A stretch of DNA of 63,999 nucleotides, counting the filler, from Sphacelaria rigidula (lineage: Eukaryota): assembly GCA_964200075.2 (NCBI GenBank). It is 5 parts of 5 records of this genome, joined end to end, with 100 filler letters (N's around TTAATTAATTAA, not from the genome) between each part and the next. Parts side by side here need not be neighbours in the genome. Positions count along the whole stretch, not along the records: positions 12,835 to 25,566 come from CAXNAA020003461.1; positions 25,667 to 38,397 come from CAXNAA020003462.1; 3 more parts are not named here. One strand, written 5' to 3'. Numbering within the stretch: position 1 is the stretch's first letter; each line of letters starts with the position of its first letter. Below, piece by piece: positions 12,835-26,527 of this stretch. The position numbers were made by a program, and so were the translations under genes. The notes under the pieces were generated by a model that did not search any database, was not told where the DNA came from, and saw nothing but the letters and a program-made list of their open reading frames with translations.

Positions 12835-14605
12835 TTTGTGGGGGTGGCACCGAAATGTTCTTATCACCATGCGTTGCATGATTATGGCTCCCCCCCCCCC
12901 CCCCCCCCCCGATTTGTACGGTATGGATCAGATGGCACGCTCGTATGTTTTTCCTAGTGATGATGCTTGCAGCGTGAAATATTGCAAAGCTCTCCGGAAA
13001 TTGACTGGTCGACCACAGTTACTACGAAGTGTTATAGAAGGCGAAGCTAAGGTCCTCGTTGCTGTAACGTTACGTTCTGTCGTGGTGTCAGGCAAGGGGA
13101 CATTCTTTCAAGACAAAGACAGCGAGCGACGACCGATCCTGTTCGGTCAGGATACCCTTGAGATTATGCCGGAAGAATTGGACGCGACGCGAAGACGGAG
13201 ACCCAGGTACATGACATGATAAAATGTGTGACTGTTGGTTTGTGGTGTTGGTGTATTCTTGATCCCTTGTTCCAGCCCCCACCCCCGTGCATTGAGCGAA
13301 ATTTATCCGAGTATGTTATGAAAACATGGATGACTGTTTGTGATGATGGTGTCAGGCGCTTAGCACAAGTCGGGATTTCAACTTGTTTTGCAGCGTTGAT
13401 GTTCAAACTATTATAATGGGCGGATAGCGTGTTCGCAACTGAGATCGGGTTGAGCAAAAGGTAAATGGTTCAACATCGGTATTACATGTCCCGATGTTTC
13501 GACTGTTTCTGCCACCGTGCTGGTATCTGCAGACAGCACAGTATCGGAGTGCGTAGGATGTCAGCCCCGAAGATTACATCCTCGAGTAGTAAGATTTCGG
13601 GGCCCCAAAGTTCCCGATCACCACCCCGTTGTTTCATCTTGTATAATGTACACTGTATAACCTGCGGTACGTGGTGTGAATTTGAGCTTAAATTAGCGTG
13701 ACGCTATCGTTGAGCCTAGGGAGTGTTCGCCGCGTCGTGTGGCGCACAGAACCCTTCACAGCTGCCAACAAAACCTCATGTATGTGAAGCGGCTCGGCGT
13801 CGCGGAGCAGCACCATCTCCCCGTCTCTCGTCTGATTTGATTGCGGTGCGTACCATTCCACACTTGACGCATCGTTGCTGCAGGAAACGGCAGCCGATAT
13901 CGGCACGTTTGAAAAAAGGCGGCGCACCCGGTGTCGTGTCGGGCGCTTTTCTCTTCATGGACGGGCGAGGGGAGCCACTGACTTTCGAAGTGCATTTGCC
14001 CAGCGAGTCACCCAAGGGCGATTCATCTCCTGTAGTCACCAAGGTAGGATACTGCAGTACTCCACGTGAAAGCATTAACGTTACCCGCGCACGCAGCAGG
14101 AAAGTTGCTCGGGCTGACGTGCTGATGGTACGTTGTTCGGCAACGATTTGCCGCGCCCCGGCTACTGTGTGAAAGTTGATCTTTCCCCCTAGAAGATGTC
14201 ATTCCAGAATATGCCATTCAACCCCCGAGGACAGCACAGCAACACTATGATACTATGCCCTCAAATTATCTTGCGTGTCATATTCTTTTTCTGCTTGGCT
14301 AGGCTAGGGTAGTGTCGACTATTTATAGTGCAGCGGTTGCTTTTGCCATTTTACGCTTCCGCACCGCCATCAATCGGGAGTAATGTGTAACGACCGTCGT
14401 CGCTTCCGCCCCCCTCTCTGATCACGTCACCGCACCGGCGAAATGATTCCCAACTGCAAAGGTCATTATTCGCACAGAAGAGAGACAAGAACAGCAGAAA
14501 CGCCTTTCTCCCGCTCCCGAGGAGTCACCTACCCTCGCGTCGCGTGGCGAGTACTCCATAGCATCAACTGCCACCCTAAGCGATCTCGGTAGCACTCCCG
14601 GTAAA

Positions 14606-16222
14606 ATGCAGCCCGGATCGTCAACCTCGGATCCTAGCCTGCAAACCTCATCCGCGGCGACTTCCCTGTACGGTGCGGAGCCATCGTCTGTCGATGATGC
14701 CGACGATGCCGGCGGTGCTGGCAGCGAGGGTGGGCTCGTTCCCGTGGAACATCAACAAGCGCCTGGGTTATCCTCCGAGAAGGAGGACAGCGTACCCAGC
14801 ATGTCTTTGCAGGGGCTGAAATGGGGGGACTACATTCGGTTCAAGTACCAGGTACGTGCATGACTCGACGTCGATAAACGTGACGATGGTTCAACACCTC
14901 TTCAATTTTCGACGTCGAAGAGTTTGGAAGGGTTTCAGAGATTTGTTGAACGGCTCAACTGGGCGGGCACACTCAGTGGATTCAAGCACTAGGGATGTGG
15001 CACGGTGGCACCGGCCTGACGAATGCGGGGCAGCGGGGGCCCGGAAGGCCGTTCGGTGTGCTGGAAGCGTCCAGAGTCCACAAACACTTCGCTAAACTGT
15101 GCTTCACAATTTTGCTCCACTCATGTATTGATAGTCGTGGTCAGAAGGGAGACACAGGTACCGCGGGCATGATGGGTGATGCCCACACGCGCTGAGTTTT
15201 TTTCCCCGTCGATATCGAAGTGTGAGCATGAAACGGGTTTTGCGTTTTCAAGGCTAACTCTTGGGAGCGATGATTCCACTTCGCTGCTCAAGTCTGAGGG
15301 AGTGCAACACGATGCATCAATCGCATCCAATTTGTCGCGTGCGCACCTCACAGACTACGCCGGGCACATGCATCGTACTGGTGGTGGTGCCTGAGTTATG
15401 TTGTATTTCGTGATCTTGACGATTTGTGAAGCCTTCCTTTCAAGCTCCGCGCGAATGAGTGTCGCTGGTTTGAACCACCAAATCTATGATTCCTCAAGCC
15501 CGACTGCCCGAAACAGGGAAAAAAAGTTTACAGCGGGTCACGAACGTGTCAATGCATATTGCCATTCCAAGTGTCTGGGGTGGGCCAACCTTAACCTGGG
15601 GTGCACCGCTGAAAACAAGGCCAGCCCAAGGATTAATTCGCATGGTACGAATCAATTACACCGAGAGCAATTTACTTCGAGACGAATTATCATATCATCA
15701 TTCAATCTCCATTATTCCTCCGACCATTGAAAAGCCTTTTGTCCGAATTTGTCCGCAGCAGGCGTCTGACATTTCGCCGGATGATCCGGTGCTGAGCATG
15801 AGGCTCTCCAATGGGATGTCTGCATCGCTCACCAGCAGCATGCTTTCGGAGAAGGCTGGCCAGGGAGAGTTCCCGGTGGAAGCACTCGTGACCAAAAGAG
15901 GTTGGTACTGTATAGTATTAACGGCGATACGCCAGAACGCGTCCAGCTACACCTGGTGCAAGCGTGCAGGGCAGCGGGTGCTCATCTCCCGCATTTGTGT
16001 GTTGCCTGGCTGGAAATTTGGATACCGCGTATTTTTATCGTGCAGGCATACGTGATCAACCATCGTCGCGCTAGAATCAAGTTCCCTACAATCAGCACCC
16101 ACAATATTTGAAGAAAGTCGCGCCCGAGTTCGCTCCTGGATATCTCTGCAGGATACTAAATGCGTAATTAGCCATCACATCGCCCCCTTCTGCTCACGAA
16201 TGGAAGGACGTTTCACGAGTAG

Positions 16223-16288
<66 letters not shown>

Positions 16289-19200
16289 ACGCTNNNNGGC
16301 ATAATTATCACCCCCACCCCCCCCGGCTGCCACCCCAATGAACGACGGTTCACATTCAACCCCCCCCCCCCCCCCCTCGTCCCCTATCGTCCCCTGTCGA
16401 TCCACCCGATTCACCCGATTCACCCTGGACATGCCTCCTCACGAACTTCCAGGAAGCGCGGAAGACTTGGACAAAGTAGCTTCCCCCGCAACAGGGGTGG
16501 TATACCTTAAGTGTCAGCTCAAGCCTCTCGTTTGCCCCGCAAAGGCGAAGGCTGCGCACCTGGCGGAGCTGGAAGCGAGCGGTGCTAGGTCCAAGGCTTG
16601 GCTCAGGGAATGTTTGAGCGCCGGTGTAAAATTGGCGGCGATCTGGGAAGCGATTAGCGAGCTGGTCGGCTTGGCATACGGGGTTGGGGCGAAAGAAACA
16701 AGAGACTCGGTGGAAGCGGGGCGTGGGGTGACTAGGAGTGAATCCGGCGATAAATTTTCGTCACGGTCAACCGATAACGGCGACCGAGGAGTATGGGATT
16801 GGCTGCGGCGCAGGTGAGTGTGGTGGACATGCTTCGCGTTGCCTTTGTGCTACGCTGTGCTGTACTATTGGAGAGTTTCGGAAAATGTTTGCGTTCTAGA
16901 AACAAGTGTAGAAGGAAAGAAAGCCGGTAACGGTACACATTCCACTGTGAAATTCTTTTCAGTCAACTTCTCAGAGTGAGTCCGGTGTGGAGCACTCCAC
17001 TCCGAAAGCCAATATGCCTCATCAAACTTGATGGTGTAACGAAAAAGAAGCATGCAAGGGTAGATCGAGTAGAGTATATACTTCTGAGTAGTTGAGTAAA
17101 ATGCTCAAGTATTTACTCTACACGATGTTTGAGTAGGTCGAGTACGGCCTGAAATACTCTACTCAAATTTTGACTAGGTCGAGTGCGACCTCAAATACTC
17201 TACTCAAATATGGAGTAAGCAATGTCAGTAATACTTGAGTATAGATTATCACTTGAGTATGACCTCAATACTCTTTGAGTAGGTCGAGTACGGCCTCAAA
17301 TACTCTGCTCAAATTTTGAGTACGTTGAGTACAACCTCAAATACTCTACTCAAATTTTGAGTACGTTGAGTACAACCTCAAATACTCTACTCAAAATTTT
17401 GAGCAAGTACTCTCAGTAATATCTGAGTATAGATTATCACTTGAGTATGACCTCAATACTCTACTCAAATTTTGACTAGGTCGAGGACGGCCTCAACTAC
17501 TCTGCTCAAATTTTGAGTACGTTGAGTACAACCTCAAATACTCTACTCAAAATTTGAGTAAGTACTCTCAGTAATATCTGAGTATAGAGTATTACTTGAG
17601 TATGACCTCAATACTCTACTCAAATTTTGACTAGATCGAGGACGGCCTCAAATACTCTGCTCAAATTTTGAGTACGTTGAGTACAACCTCAAATACTCTA
17701 CTCAAAAATTTGAGCAAGTACTCTCAGTAATATCTGAGTATAGAGTATTACTTGAGTATGACCTCAATACTCTACTCAAATTTTGACTAGGTCGAGGACG
17801 GCCTCAAATACTCTGCTCAAATTTTGAGTACGTTGAGTACAACCTCAAATACTCTACTCAAAATTTGAGTAAGTACTCTCAGTAGTACCTGAGTATGGAG
17901 TATCGCTTAAGTATGCCCTCAATACTCTACTCGAAATTTGAGTAGGTTTGAGTATGGTCTCAAATACCCTACGAGTACTAAAAGTATGACTCTTTAAAAA
18001 TACTGAGTATTGAGTATACTCTACTTGACCTACCCGTACGGTTAGTTCTATCTCCACCCCCGTCACCACGGTCACAGCCAGCTCACAACCAATATACTCT
18101 CACAAACAAATTGGAATATCCATCACATCTGTCTAGCGTATCACAATGAACCAGTCACGAAGTAGCAACGCTTGGCCTTGCAATCAGGGGATCTCCCTGC
18201 CGTGGCCATGGTATCAGCATTCGCTTTATTGTGTTGCATGAAATTCACATGCTCGGCGGGTACAAGACGTTGCCTTGGGTGCAGCTCGTCACTTTTGCCA
18301 GCCTCAGCTGTAAGAAGATCGTGTGAACGATTCTTGGTCTACTGCGCACAAGCGGTGCTACACCTGGCTGCATTGCCATTCCGTTAGAAGTCATGACGTC
18401 TTGCACCACCGTTATGGGAGGCATGCTGGAAAATCGTTACAATGTGGCTTTGTGTGTTGTTTGGAAGTGCTGCCGTACTATGCTGTCTGGGCGGTATCGC
18501 TATACTTCACCGTACCGCAATATACTCCTTGTAGGGTTCTGCATTGCAACGTCTGTACTGCACTGTCTGTACTCTATACTGCACAGCACTATAATGTCCT
18601 GTAGTGCACCGTAGTGCAGTGAAAGTAGTACAAGTGCAGTGAAAAGTGAGTAATGTACGGTACAGTACGGTGCCGCAGGGTACGGTACAGCACAGGCCCG
18701 TTACTATTATTGTACAGACAGTCAGTGCTTCGCTGACCTATGCATCTTCTTACTGAACGCTGGTCGATCGCACATTTTGCGGGGCAACCTGCGGCTAATG
18801 ATCGATAAAAAAATCCACGTCGAGCCTTCACATCAGCTTCCGCTATGAACTTATCAGCGTCCTCTCTGAACTTTCAAAAGTTTCCACTTTGAACCTCTCC
18901 CACTCTAGCTCTATAATGCGAAAAAATATTTCCGGCAACTCTCTATTGTAGCTTTTGCTGTTGGGGTGGATGCGCTACTGTGTTCTTCGCTGTTCCGTCG
19001 TGCCATCGAAGAGTCCATGTGCATACTCGGTAGTTTTTTTTGTGTCTGTTTTGACTGTTGGCTCAGCCTGAGGAATACGGTCTGATTACAGCACTCTCTC
19101 GCTTCAAGGTGTGAGGATGGCAGTTGGAATTAATATGGTGGCTTAGCTCGTGTCGTCGTGTTTCTTCGTGCGCTTGCCCTGGTGCCTTTTTGCCCGCCGT

Positions 19201-22200
19201 CGCCGATAACCCCCGCACGTGTCATGATCCACCTGTATCCATTTTTGGCATCAATACACTACCTACCGCCTGCCGACCAAAACACTGGCAACGCCAACAA
19301 CAAATCAGTTTCGTGGTCGTTGCGGTACTGTACACCATGGGCTCTATGGTTTCAAGCGTGATACCCACGGCATCCAAAGTCACACGGTCTGAGGCTCCGT
19401 GCGCGTCCATCTGGGATCTCCGCCAGCCGGACGGCAGCGCTTACCCACCACATCAGCTATCGGCGGCCGTCAAGGCCATTCAAGCGGCTGGCGGGTCTGT
19501 CCCCGCACAAGACAATGAAGCAATCGCCGCCGCCGTAGGCAAGAAGTTGTCCAACGGACGGGGATCGCTACAGCTGACCTCTGGTGGCGGTTTGGATGAT
19601 GCCGGGCTTGATTCATCGGCGCAGAGCGAAACAACTATGTCGGACGACTACGGTGTTTCTTCGAGCAGTTCGAGCCATCTGGATGAGCAGCGAACGCGCA
19701 GCCGCCCGGACGACTCGGGCGTAGGACAATCTGTTCAAAGCGAAGGTCTCCTTTCCGGCCCTGGTAGAGATTTGATCGAGAGAGCTGTGGAGGGCGTGGG
19801 GGAGGCGACAGAGTTGCCGGGTGGCGCGGGGAAGAGGTGGCGGTGGGGGGCTGAAGCCGCCGGCGAGATGAGCAGATCGATCAAGACCAGCTTATCCCTT
19901 GCTGTGTTTCTCGTGACCTTCGTTGTGGTTAAGACGCTGTTCGGCCGGGGCGTACAGCGTGGCGGAGCGGGAGAGGTATGGGACCGAGCTGTGTAGATGA
20001 GGCTGCAGCAGATTGCCGACTAGGCGTCTTCTTTGTACATTCCCAAGAGTCCAGGATATATTCGCCCCCACTTCAATCAATGTGGAATGACAAAAGACAT
20101 GAGATGCACAGCTAAGTATCAGCTACAGGGTGAACAGGTTCCAATGTCATTTGTCCCATCGGGACACTCTCATCCAAGAGACATTTTTGTTTGTCACGGC
20201 GAACAGGTGGGGGATGAAAAAAAGGCGTACGATTGCCTGTTGAAACAAATCCGATGCACAGTATCGTGGCTCGTCGTTCAAGTGAAGATTGGGGGCTTAC
20301 AAGTAGTTGCTTCGATGACCTACTCCCGCCACTTGCCTCTTACGAAAGCTTCGTGAATGTAGCACTGTGCTGTTCTGTAGGGCTTGAGAAGAGATCTCTG
20401 TCGGATTTGGCCAAGTATCTTCATGCGCGATGATTTTATCCTCGCCTGCAAACGCTTTCTTTGCTGCACCCGATCGTGCTGAAAATTCCTCCCCCCTTCT
20501 GCTCCCACGCCACCGCTGATGTACCTACCTACCACGTTTCGGACGTGCGTTTATGAATCAATCAGGATGGTCCGATGCAGGCCGACGTCCATCTCATGCG
20601 ATGGGATGACAGCAGCATCAGCGAGGCGGGAGCGGGACAGCACCAAGTCCTCGACACGTACCTTGATCCACCCAGGTGAGGAAGGAACACCACACACGAA
20701 GCCACCTGTAAATGCACTGGAAGGCGCCGCGGGGATACAATGGGAGTTGCTGTACTTGCAGCCAAGATGCTGACACTGAGTACGTTTTTAGTTTTAGTCC
20801 GTAAGACTTGTGCTCGGCCGCCTCACCTTATCTTGAGCCCCGAGTTCATGGGTCGTCGTGTAATAATTGAAGTGAAATCAGCTTTTTCTTCATTGTGTTC
20901 AATTTTTTCTGTTGCCTTCTTTTTTTCTCAGAGCATGTTTCATTTTCGTTTCCTTGGGTACGTACGTCCATCATGAGACCACTGCTGGACCCCTGACGGG
21001 TCACTTAAAGTGCGACACTCAATCAGTCAATCAAATCAGTGATGATTTCTTCGACCGATTTTACTCGTTATTTGTATTGTTTTGTGGATACACGTGCGCC
21101 ACTCAGGCCTCATGTGCCGCAGAGAGGTAAATATGATTGCACGGCTTGACTATTTGTTGTTCAGGTCTGGTATAGGCTTAATTTCCCTTCATTAGCTTCC
21201 TACAATCTAGGACAGCAGCGGCAGGGGAGCTGGGGAAAAAAAGTCCAGCCAGCAACGATGATATTTTCACAAGCATCACGCCATCATGAAGCAAGCGTAC
21301 GGTATACCTTCGAAAGGAGGCTAAGTTCTAGCACGCGGGATTGCATACGCAAGAGATTTATATGTTCACGTTGGCTATCTGATGTCCCGTGTGAAGAGCG
21401 CTTGATTATCTTCGCCAGTGTATCTCTCAGCAACATTCTGTCGCGGTACCGAGTATATCTTTATCGCAACATACGCCAACCCCGGCCAGCCGGTGGGCAT
21501 CGCGTGGGACTTGTCTGTACGGCACCGATCAACACGAGTAATCCAGAACAACAGCACGACAGCCAACAAAGGGGAGCCAGCAGCACTGATGCGGAGATCG
21601 CCCTTTTCTGGAGTTATATCATGTAAAGGGACAGGTCAAACATTTGAATCGAATACCCTGAAATTGGTGCATGCGTTTTATACTTTGACCCGTAGCTATG
21701 AAAGCACCGCCTTATTTTGTGTCATGTCGTGGGGTACCTTTTTTTGTTGTGTTCTGATTTGGGACACGATGTTCGTTCGTTCGTTCTTGTCCCGTTTGCC
21801 ACACTAAATATTCGTATCAACATTTGGCTTGAAGAACGTGTGCTGGACTGTGTGTAGGGTCTCTCTTGTCTTTCCGTTTGTTCGCTCGGTTCGTGTATTT
21901 GGTTCTAGTGGTTCGCATCTGGCACCGATGCCGTACCGATTTCTTGTGGCGGAGGACATGGACACGGAGAAGGCGTGGCAGCGATGGGCCGCCACGCTGG
22001 CCTGGAGGCAAGAAAACGACGCCGACAATGTCTTGTCGAAACCCCATCCCAAGTAAGACCATTGCGTCGGTTACTGTTCACGTTTTAGTTTATTTTTCCA
22101 TGTATTCGTACGGGCAGCGACCCAACAACGCAGCAAAACACGACACAACATATCCATCTCGAGGTTCCTGTACCCAAATGCATTTTGTTTCTGTTGCTTC

Positions 22201-24003
22201 ACCATTTTGTTTGAACGCGTGCTCATGCATACACACCCCGTGACCTCAAGTGGTGCATGTGTACATGTGAGAGAGGATACCCGGTGCGGACTTTGTCCGT
22301 CCAAAAAATTCCCGCATATTGATCTCTACCTTGGTTTGTCACTGGACTGTTTTTTGTCGTCAGATGCACTAATGTGTCGATTTTATACTCCGTGCTCCAA
22401 AGACATGTAGACGTCGTTACCGTGCTAGACGAGGACGATTGCCGCCTCACATTTACCGTCAATCTGTTCTGATGTGATGTGATGTAACCTGACGTGGTAT
22501 GGTGCAGATTGATCCGTGTTTTTTGAAGCTATGACCCTTTACGTACCTTGAAAACTGCAATGTTGTAATGTCGTCAGGTATGCACTCATAAAGAGCAAGT
22601 ATGCGCATTGCTTCCACCTGCCGGACAAAGACGGCCGCTTGACGTACTACGAGAGACCGGGACAGTCGGGACTGAGCGAGCTCAAAAAGCTCGGGGTGAC
22701 AAAGCAGGACCTACTAGAGCACTACATGTATTGTATGGAGTATTTGTGGCAGGTGAGCATATATATTATCCGCACTTCGATCGCTGTGCTAAGGTGATCA
22801 GTTTTCCACAAACTCTTGCAGTATTATTTCGTACTTCCATGAGGTACTGCGGTAGCGCAGAGCCATATCAACCCCCTTTTTAAAATACGAGTTGGGGAAG
22901 ACAGTAGGGAAATAGACAAATAAAAACCACGGTCTATCGCCCCCGCCCCCCCCACTCCCCTTGACTTTCCTTATGCGTATTTGTTCCGAGAATAGGTCTT
23001 TGGAGTATATTTGATGATTTTTCGCTGCCTAATGTGGTGGTGAGGAAATTGTGTTCATCTTACCTCGGATACCCGAGCGAAAAATATCCGCCGAGTATGT
23101 TGTTCGGAGGTTTGTGGACGCTGCTTCTTTTTCCCTTCTACGCCTTGGACAATTTGCATGGTATAAAAATGTAATGCGTACAGTATCGACTATTGCGTCT
23201 ATTGCGACAGACAGTAGATTCCATACTGTACGCGGTGGTACACTTGGTGATAATGTGATCTATTGCCCAACCATTTGTCGATGGTGTGTTCCCCCAACAC
23301 ATTTGTGGCCTGCGTTAGGGTGTGATGTTATTTTCATCGCGGTGAGCGGGTGGAACCTTGCTTTTGACACTGTGCAAGAACAATCACATCGTGGTGTCGC
23401 CAATGTCATCGGTAATGAGTCCCCACAGGCACTATTTATAAGAGTAATTGTGCTAGTTCACACCTTGTGTGATGGCCAGGGTGATCGATATCCAGATAGG
23501 GGTAGGTGGTGTAATGGAAACCTTGGCAATGTGTCATCATTTATTGCGATGCATTGTGCCTGTGTGCCCCCATCTCTGTCGGCAACTCACCCAGCGACTC
23601 TGTCTATTCTCAATATCGATTTTTTTTAACGTCGCCTCCGAGTAGCAACGTGCGGTTAAGCCTTTTTTTTTTTCCTCTCGGGTTGGTGTTCTCCGGCCGT
23701 GCTGGGCTGTGACTCGTCCCTTGTCGTGGAAGTCTGCTAGATTTGTCGAATTGTCGTGTCAGTTCTCTCTCTCTCTCTTCGCTTTTGTGTCCCACCCTGC
23801 ATCCTGCTCTGTTGTACGTTTTCTTTTCCCTATTTTTTTGCCTGATCCTGAAACAGGTGCTGCAACCGGGGCAAACGCAGCGAATTACCATCGTTATCGA
23901 CTTGGCAGGGGTAAAATTCTTGGATATTGTGGGAGAGTCGGTGGCCTTTCTCAAGACTACGGTCAGCATGATGTCTAGGCACTACCCGCAGCGTTCTTTC
24001 AAG
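14606..24003 (+). CDS. CRAL-TRIO (SEC14-like) lipid-binding domain protein with long N-terminal extension and predicted TM segments (>=664 aa, 3' exons not found)
   Basis: Phase-compatible exons 14606-14851, 15759-15900, 16453-16813, 19309-19975, 20566-20675, 21909-22052, 22578-22752 and 23857-24003. The last three give typical SEC14 motifs: RFLVAEDMDTEKAWQRWAATLAWRQE, FHLPDKDGRLTYYERPG, YCMEYLWQ, ITIVIDLAGV, MMSRHYPQR. Joining the first five exons to the domain relies on the donor GAG|GTATGG at 19975 and is less certain than the domain call. Confidence 0.8.
17058..18035. mobile_element. Non-autonomous TIR element (GGG..CCC ends, PIF/Harbinger-like) filled with a higher-order tandem array
   Basis: TIR GGGTAGATCGAGTAGAGTATA / TATACTCTACTTGACCTACCC. 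Internal ~39-bp subunits (core TACTCAAATTTTGAGTA) are grouped into ~155-bp units (anchors at 17414, 17569, 17725, 17880). No clean TSD. Confidence 0.75.
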
Positions 24004-25091
24004 GTGATCCGCACGTGCACTGAAATTTCCTGTGAAATCAGCGGGACCTTCACCACTATTCATCCCAGTGAAGAACACCCCAGGGTGATGGCTTGTGGCT
24101 ACCTCTTGGTGATAACACCTTTCGATAATATTCCCACTAAGGGCGTGTCTTACTAAACGTGCGGTGGAAAAGAAAAACCGATCTGATAAGGCACCGCCTG
24201 GACATGAACGGCCTACTCGTAAGGCAGCTCTGAGGAAATATTGAAATTGCTGTACATCCGATGCGGGGTTGGACGAGTGACGGGGCGCCATCACTCGTCC
24301 TTCTACTCGGTCTGGCCCTTGCTTCTTCGGGATAGGTTCTCCATGAGTGTACAGTAGCGCTGCCGGGTTGGCGCCAACACTTACCTGGTTGGAATTACTT
24401 ACCTGTTTGTACTGATGTAGTTATAATGAATATCAGGGTCATGTTTGTGTTTTCGTCTTTTTGTTCGAAGCCTCCACGCGTGGGAGACCCATGGTGTGGG
24501 TACCTGCGGCACTTCTGCCACGCGCGTCAGCCTCAGCTTGCTACCAGTCGATATCATTCATAGCGTTTTGTCTCTCCGCATACTACTCAAACCAGCGTGC
24601 AAATGGAGCTCAAAGCCATACTCGACCCAAGTACAAAACGACCATTTTCGGAACACTTATCCGTTTACCCCCAGTACCAACCACCTTGGAGGTGACTTTA
24701 TAGGTGGACAAGCTCAACCTGAAATGCACAGACAAGGCAACGAAGGCTGCCGTGTGTACACTAGCAAGGGCTATCGGTGGAACTCATGCGCGTTCGCACA
24801 ATCCAACACAATCAGAGGTGAACCTCAGGAACCTGGTGCCCCTGCAAAAACCAAAAACACACAGCTCGGGCTGTTGCTGGTCATCACCTGAGCACGTCGT
24901 GCATGCCCTTCCTCAAATCTCAAGTCAAAGAGAAACGGCGATCACGGCACACTTATGCAAACGGTCAGCAACGACACCGCTCCTCCAATACAAGACGAAT
25001 TTCCGTCGAACGAAGGCTGCCGTGTATACCTTAACAACGGCTACCGTTGAACCAGTGCGCGTAGAATAGCAAGGGAATGCAACATGATGCA

Positions 25092-25566
25092 CGGATCTGT
25101 GCGTATTTTTTCGGGGCTCGGCGTGTACGGGGAGTACGGCGCAGTAGCGCAGTGATTTAGATGTGTCTCTTTGGACCCCCTGGAATCGAGATAAACGGGG
25201 ACAAATACGTCGTGCTCTTCGTTTCACACACGTAACAGTGTGACAGTTATGGGTGCGCCTGACCCCCCAAACTGGGCAAAAAAAGTGTCACCGACCAAAA
25301 TCACGAAAAGAAACGAACAGATCGACTTTTGGGGCTTATTCAGGCTCGTCGGGTAAAATATGCCCAACGTCATCGGAAGAGAACGACATGGATCCAGAAT
25401 TCATATAGAAAATCCTACCGTTACTTCCGTTGTTGTTCCACATATGCTGGATGCCACTGCGTAGCTTTTCGTCCATGCTCACGATACGCTGGAATGCCAG
25501 GAGGCTAGTTGGGTTGATCCAACCCAACGCACACCGAGAACCCTCGGGCAAGGGCGGTACATAGAT
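25092..25566. mobile_element. CGGATCT-terminated TIR element, truncated by contig end
   Basis: Starts CGGATCTGTG and ends ..ACCGAGAACCCTCGGGCAAGGGCGGTACATAGAT at the gap. The ACCGAGAACCCTCGGGCAAGGGCGG part of this block is shared with the 29229 element. Confidence 0.5.
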
Positions 25567-25666
25567 NNNNNNNNNNNNNNNNNNNNNNNNNNNNNNNNNN
25601 NNNNNNNNNNTTAATTAATTAANNNNNNNNNNNNNNNNNNNNNNNNNNNNNNNNNNNNNNNNNNNN
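25567..25666. other. Artificial contig spacer
   Basis: N44-TTAATTAATTAA-N44. Confidence 0.98.
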
Positions 25667-25676
25667 CATTCTAGCA

Positions 25677-25793
25677 AATGTCGCCAATATGAGGCGCTTC
25701 ATGCAGCCTGAACCCGAACATCAGGCGCTATATGGCCATTTTTTTCGTGACACTTTTAGCTGGTATTGGGGGGGGGCTATCGTAGAAAGTGTC
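25677..25793 (+). repeat. Dispersed repeat at contig start (inverted copy at 38268-38386)
   Basis: AATGTCGCCAATATGAGGCGCTTC..GCTATCGTAGAAAGTGTC matches the reverse complement of 38268-38386. Confidence 0.85.
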
Positions 25794-25992
25794 AAACATG
25801 AAAGAAACGACCAACCCAACTCCTGTCCATATAATAATCCTGCATCCAATCTGCATGGTACCCTGACAACGGTATGACCCAACAGTGTTTTCCATATTGC
25901 GACTAATTCGATTATCAACGTGGGCTATGAGACTTTTTCGAACGTGTTTTGTTTCGGCCTATGAAAGAATTGCGGAAAGGAAGTATATTTTG

Positions 25993-26408
25993 TAGAGCTC
26001 GGAAATGGTTTGTCTAACCATTAAAGAGGTGAATGGTTACGCGCAGCGCACTCATTAACCAGTTAAATGGTACACAATGGTTTGGTCATCAAGCGGCACA
26101 GCCGCGAGCCAAAAGGCCCCCCTCGGCAGAGGGGCACCCGCCGGAGGCGCCCCCGAAGGGCCCCGCTGGAGGCGCTATGCGAGAGACACGTTTTCACGTG
26201 ATTTGGCTTCACTAGAGCTAAAAAAAACGTCAAATTTGGGCCAATTTTAAAAGGCTGCATGTAGCATACGTAGCCGGTAACGGCTTATAAAGCCGGTAAC
26301 AGTTAATAATGGTTAGAAACCATTATCCAAAATTTGCACATAACCATTACCATTATTACCATTATAATGATAATGGCCAGTTATAACTGGCACCAGTTCC
26401 AAGCTCTA
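25993..26408. mobile_element. hAT-family MITE with perfect 8-bp TSD
   Basis: TIR TAGAGCTCGGAAATGGT / ACCAGTTCCAAGCTCTA. TSD ATATTTTG at 25985-25992 and 26409-26416. Internal AACCATT/AATGGTT subterminal motifs. Confidence 0.9.
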
Positions 26409-26527
26409 ATATTTTGTCTCTCGCTGATCCCTCAGCCGGATTGAACTGCCGGAGTAAATCAGCCGGTCGATGTATTCGATAAGTGTACTATAGTAACGTG
26501 TCCGATGAAATGCTGTAAACAACGCAG

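Noticed and set aside
12836..13219. 127-aa + ORF at contig start
   Set aside because: Begins in a poly(C) tract, with no recognisable motif or supported exon chain.
13700..14217. Possible small minus-strand gene with very short introns
   Set aside because: Phases can be made to fit, but the introns (~50 bp) are atypically short for this genome and no domain is evident.
17100..17960. CRISPR-like array of palindromic repeats
   Set aside because: The segments between repeats are themselves repeated, there are no cas genes, the context is a eukaryotic intron, and TIRs enclose it.
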